Shown: piece by piece, positions 62,291 through 64,000 of the stretch
How positions within the stretch are numbered: the stretch's first letter is position 1
Layout: the number at the start of each line of letters is the position of its first letter
DNA from: a virus
Taxonomy: Duplodnaviria > Heunggongvirae > Uroviricota > Caudoviricetes
DNA: 64,000 nt
IMG/VR virus record: IMGVR_UViG_3300046047_000272
Strand: one strand, 5' to 3'
Notes under the pieces: model-generated
The model's database searches: none
Told to the model about the DNA's origin: nothing
The model's input: the letters and a program-made list of their open reading frames with translations, nothing else
Translations under genes and position numbers: made by a program

Positions 62291-64000
62291 TGTTCAGCCA
62301 GCTATCACCATTACGCTTGATCGTTGTCTGATTAATCCAGTGAATACATCCTCTGATTATGACATGAAGATCGTTCCAGGTAAAGCTGGATCAAATGGTA
62401 AGATCTGCGGATCTGATGACTCTACACCTCCGTCTCTGATTTTCACGCCGAAGGATTCCTCTAAGGTCGGAACCTTCTCTGGTGTTGACGCCAATGGACA
62501 GGGTAAGGTGTCCTTCAATGGCATATCGTATACAGCCGATGTCGCTAGCATCATTCCTGCTACTGGAAATAGTGGAAATGTTTCTACGGCCACGCTGACA
62601 TCAAGAGCGAATATTGTCATGACATCAGACGCTGGTAATGACACCGCTGATTCATCAACGAATAATACTGTCTCATATGAGGATAATCATATGGGTCACG
62701 TATCATCTGATGATCATGAATCTGAGGTAGCCGACCCAGCGTCCTGGACGTTAGCCATGTCTGATGAGACGGCTAATGCTAAGGGATCACAATCTGATAG
62801 GATCATCGTCTTCCCGTATCATGGAGATCAGGGTCTGTTCACCAGTGATATTTCTAATGCTGATCAGTATACTGGCAGTAAGTCGTCATCCTATAATGGA
62901 TCGTATACGGTAGGATCAGTAACGCTCGGAGATGACGCTACGAGTCACGGAACTGTTCTTTGCTATACGACGAAGGCTAAGCCTACACTTGATCCATCAT
63001 CATACAGTGGTTCATGCTCTTCTTCGGGTTCAACTGGTGATTGGATTGCTGTTGACGCTGATCACCCGGTTCCAGCCAATGCTACCGGTCTTAGAGTCAT
63101 TACGCCACAGACCAGTGATAGCGCTGCATCTGCTACGATTCATGTGACGTTGAATCCTACTGATAATAAGGACACGGATGCATACGTGATGTGGATGTCT
63201 AAGGACCTTACTGAAGGCACAAGTAGTCCTGATCAACCGTGGCCTGACGATGTTCAGGTCGTGTCATCTGAATTTGGTGGTCATGTATGGTGGGATGATA
63301 ATAGTGATGGTTCCATTAACAATGATGAGCCATTGATCAGTGGTATTCGTGTTGATTTATATACAGCAGATGCGAAGGGTCAACCAACCGGAGATGTTAT
63401 CGCGTCAACATCTACTGATGATCGTGGCGCCTATTCGTTCAAGGGTCTTCATAGTGGCCAGTATGTGACGGTCATGTATAAGGGTTCGAAGATACCCGAT
63501 ACGGTAACGACGTATTATCACGAGAAGAAGAAGGTCACGCAGACATACTCGTATCAGAGTAAGTTTAAGTCCGCCGCTAGTACGCAGTCAACGGTTGTGA
63601 ATCTTGCTAAGGATAAGAGGAATGATCATGAATTGTCACCGAGTAATGTTGATTTCGGTTTCAATAAGCCTCAGCCTAAGGTCACGCTTGATAAGAGTGA
63701 GACGAAGATTACGAATAATGATGATGGGACGGCTACAGCTAAGTGGACAGTCACTGTTAAGAATACTGGTAACACGGCTATCTCTGATGGTGTCTTGACT
63801 GATCGTACGTCGAGTGATGTGTACAATCTGAAGACGGACATGAGCACTCGTGTACAGTCAATCCATAAGATGCTAGATGGAATTAATTATCTTGCTACGG
63901 TTTCTGATGGATATCCATATCAGATTTCTGATGGTCGATCGAATATCACCATGAATAAGATTGCAGGTATTGACGAGCCTAATCTATTCGATGGTAAATA
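62268..64000 (+). CDS. surface protein continuation in the +1 frame with SdrD-B-like domain, 3'-partial
   Basis: Frame open to the window end; GGHVWWDDNSDGSINNDEPLISGIRVDLY...TDDRGAYSFKGLHSGQY; then WTVTVKNTGN (DUF11-like); joins the upstream part if one A is removed from 62282-62284; not in the ORF track. Confidence 0.85.
   Translation, partial: MFVSSNLNVQPAITITLDRCLINPVNTSSDYDMKIVPGKAGSNGKICGSDDSTPPSLIFTPKDSSKVGTFSGVDANGQGKVSFNGISYTADVASIIPATGNSGNVSTATLTSRANIVMTSDAGNDTADSSTNNTVSYEDNHMGHVSSDDHESEVADPASWTLAMSDETANAKGSQSDRIIVFPYHGDQGLFTSDISNADQYTGSKSSSYNGSYTVGSVTLGDDATSHGTVLCYTTKAKPTLDPSSYSGSCSSSGSTGDWIAVDADHPVPANATGLRVITPQTSDSAASATIHVTLNPTDNKDTDAYVMWMSKDLTEGTSSPDQPWPDDVQVVSSEFGGHVWWDDNSDGSINNDEPLISGIRVDLYTADAKGQPTGDVIASTSTDDRGAYSFKGLHSGQYVTVMYKGSKIPDTVTTYYHEKKKVTQTYSYQSKFKSAASTQSTVVNLAKDKRNDHELSPSNVDFGFNKPQPKVTLDKSETKITNNDDGTATAKWTVTVKNTGNTAISDGVLTDRTSSDVYNLKTDMSTRVQSIHKMLDGINYLATVSDGYPYQISDGRSNITMNKIAGIDEPNLFDGK

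Overview
This 64-kb window is densely coding and looks like an accessory region of a large actinobacterial phage or giant extrachromosomal element. The host-like genes (tandem clpP pair, DUF4193-type Zn ribbon, DivIVA-like, YqeY, HU, nrdF, SdrD-B surface protein) point to Actinomycetota, possibly Bifidobacteriaceae-like. No capsid, terminase, replicase or relaxase gene is visible, so phage versus plasmid cannot be settled here. Main observations: (1) a ~23-kb co-oriented array (10.4-33.3 kb) of about 20 membrane-anchored coiled-coil genes, the last 11 being clear tandem paralogs with signs of recombination and deletion; (2) a ~380-nt structured non-coding element present as 2 tandem copies, 1 truncated copy and 1 distant inverted copy, whose conserved blocks resemble the raiA-motif ncRNA; (3) an intergenic RNA with group I intron core topology and a non-canonical G-site, lying next to the distant copy; (4) four copies of a 101-bp intergenic hairpin element; (5) a Clp protease set (IGF-loop ClpC-like ATPase, active ClpP, catalytically dead ClpP) plus other apparently dead ATPases; (6) four unrelated proteins sharing an N-terminal Cys/His module; (7) signal peptidase, ABC exporter, sortase-fold protein and a large adhesin. 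Four genes are split by +1 frameshifts at homopolymers, which may be sequencing errors. All family assignments come from motif recognition by eye; no database searches were run.
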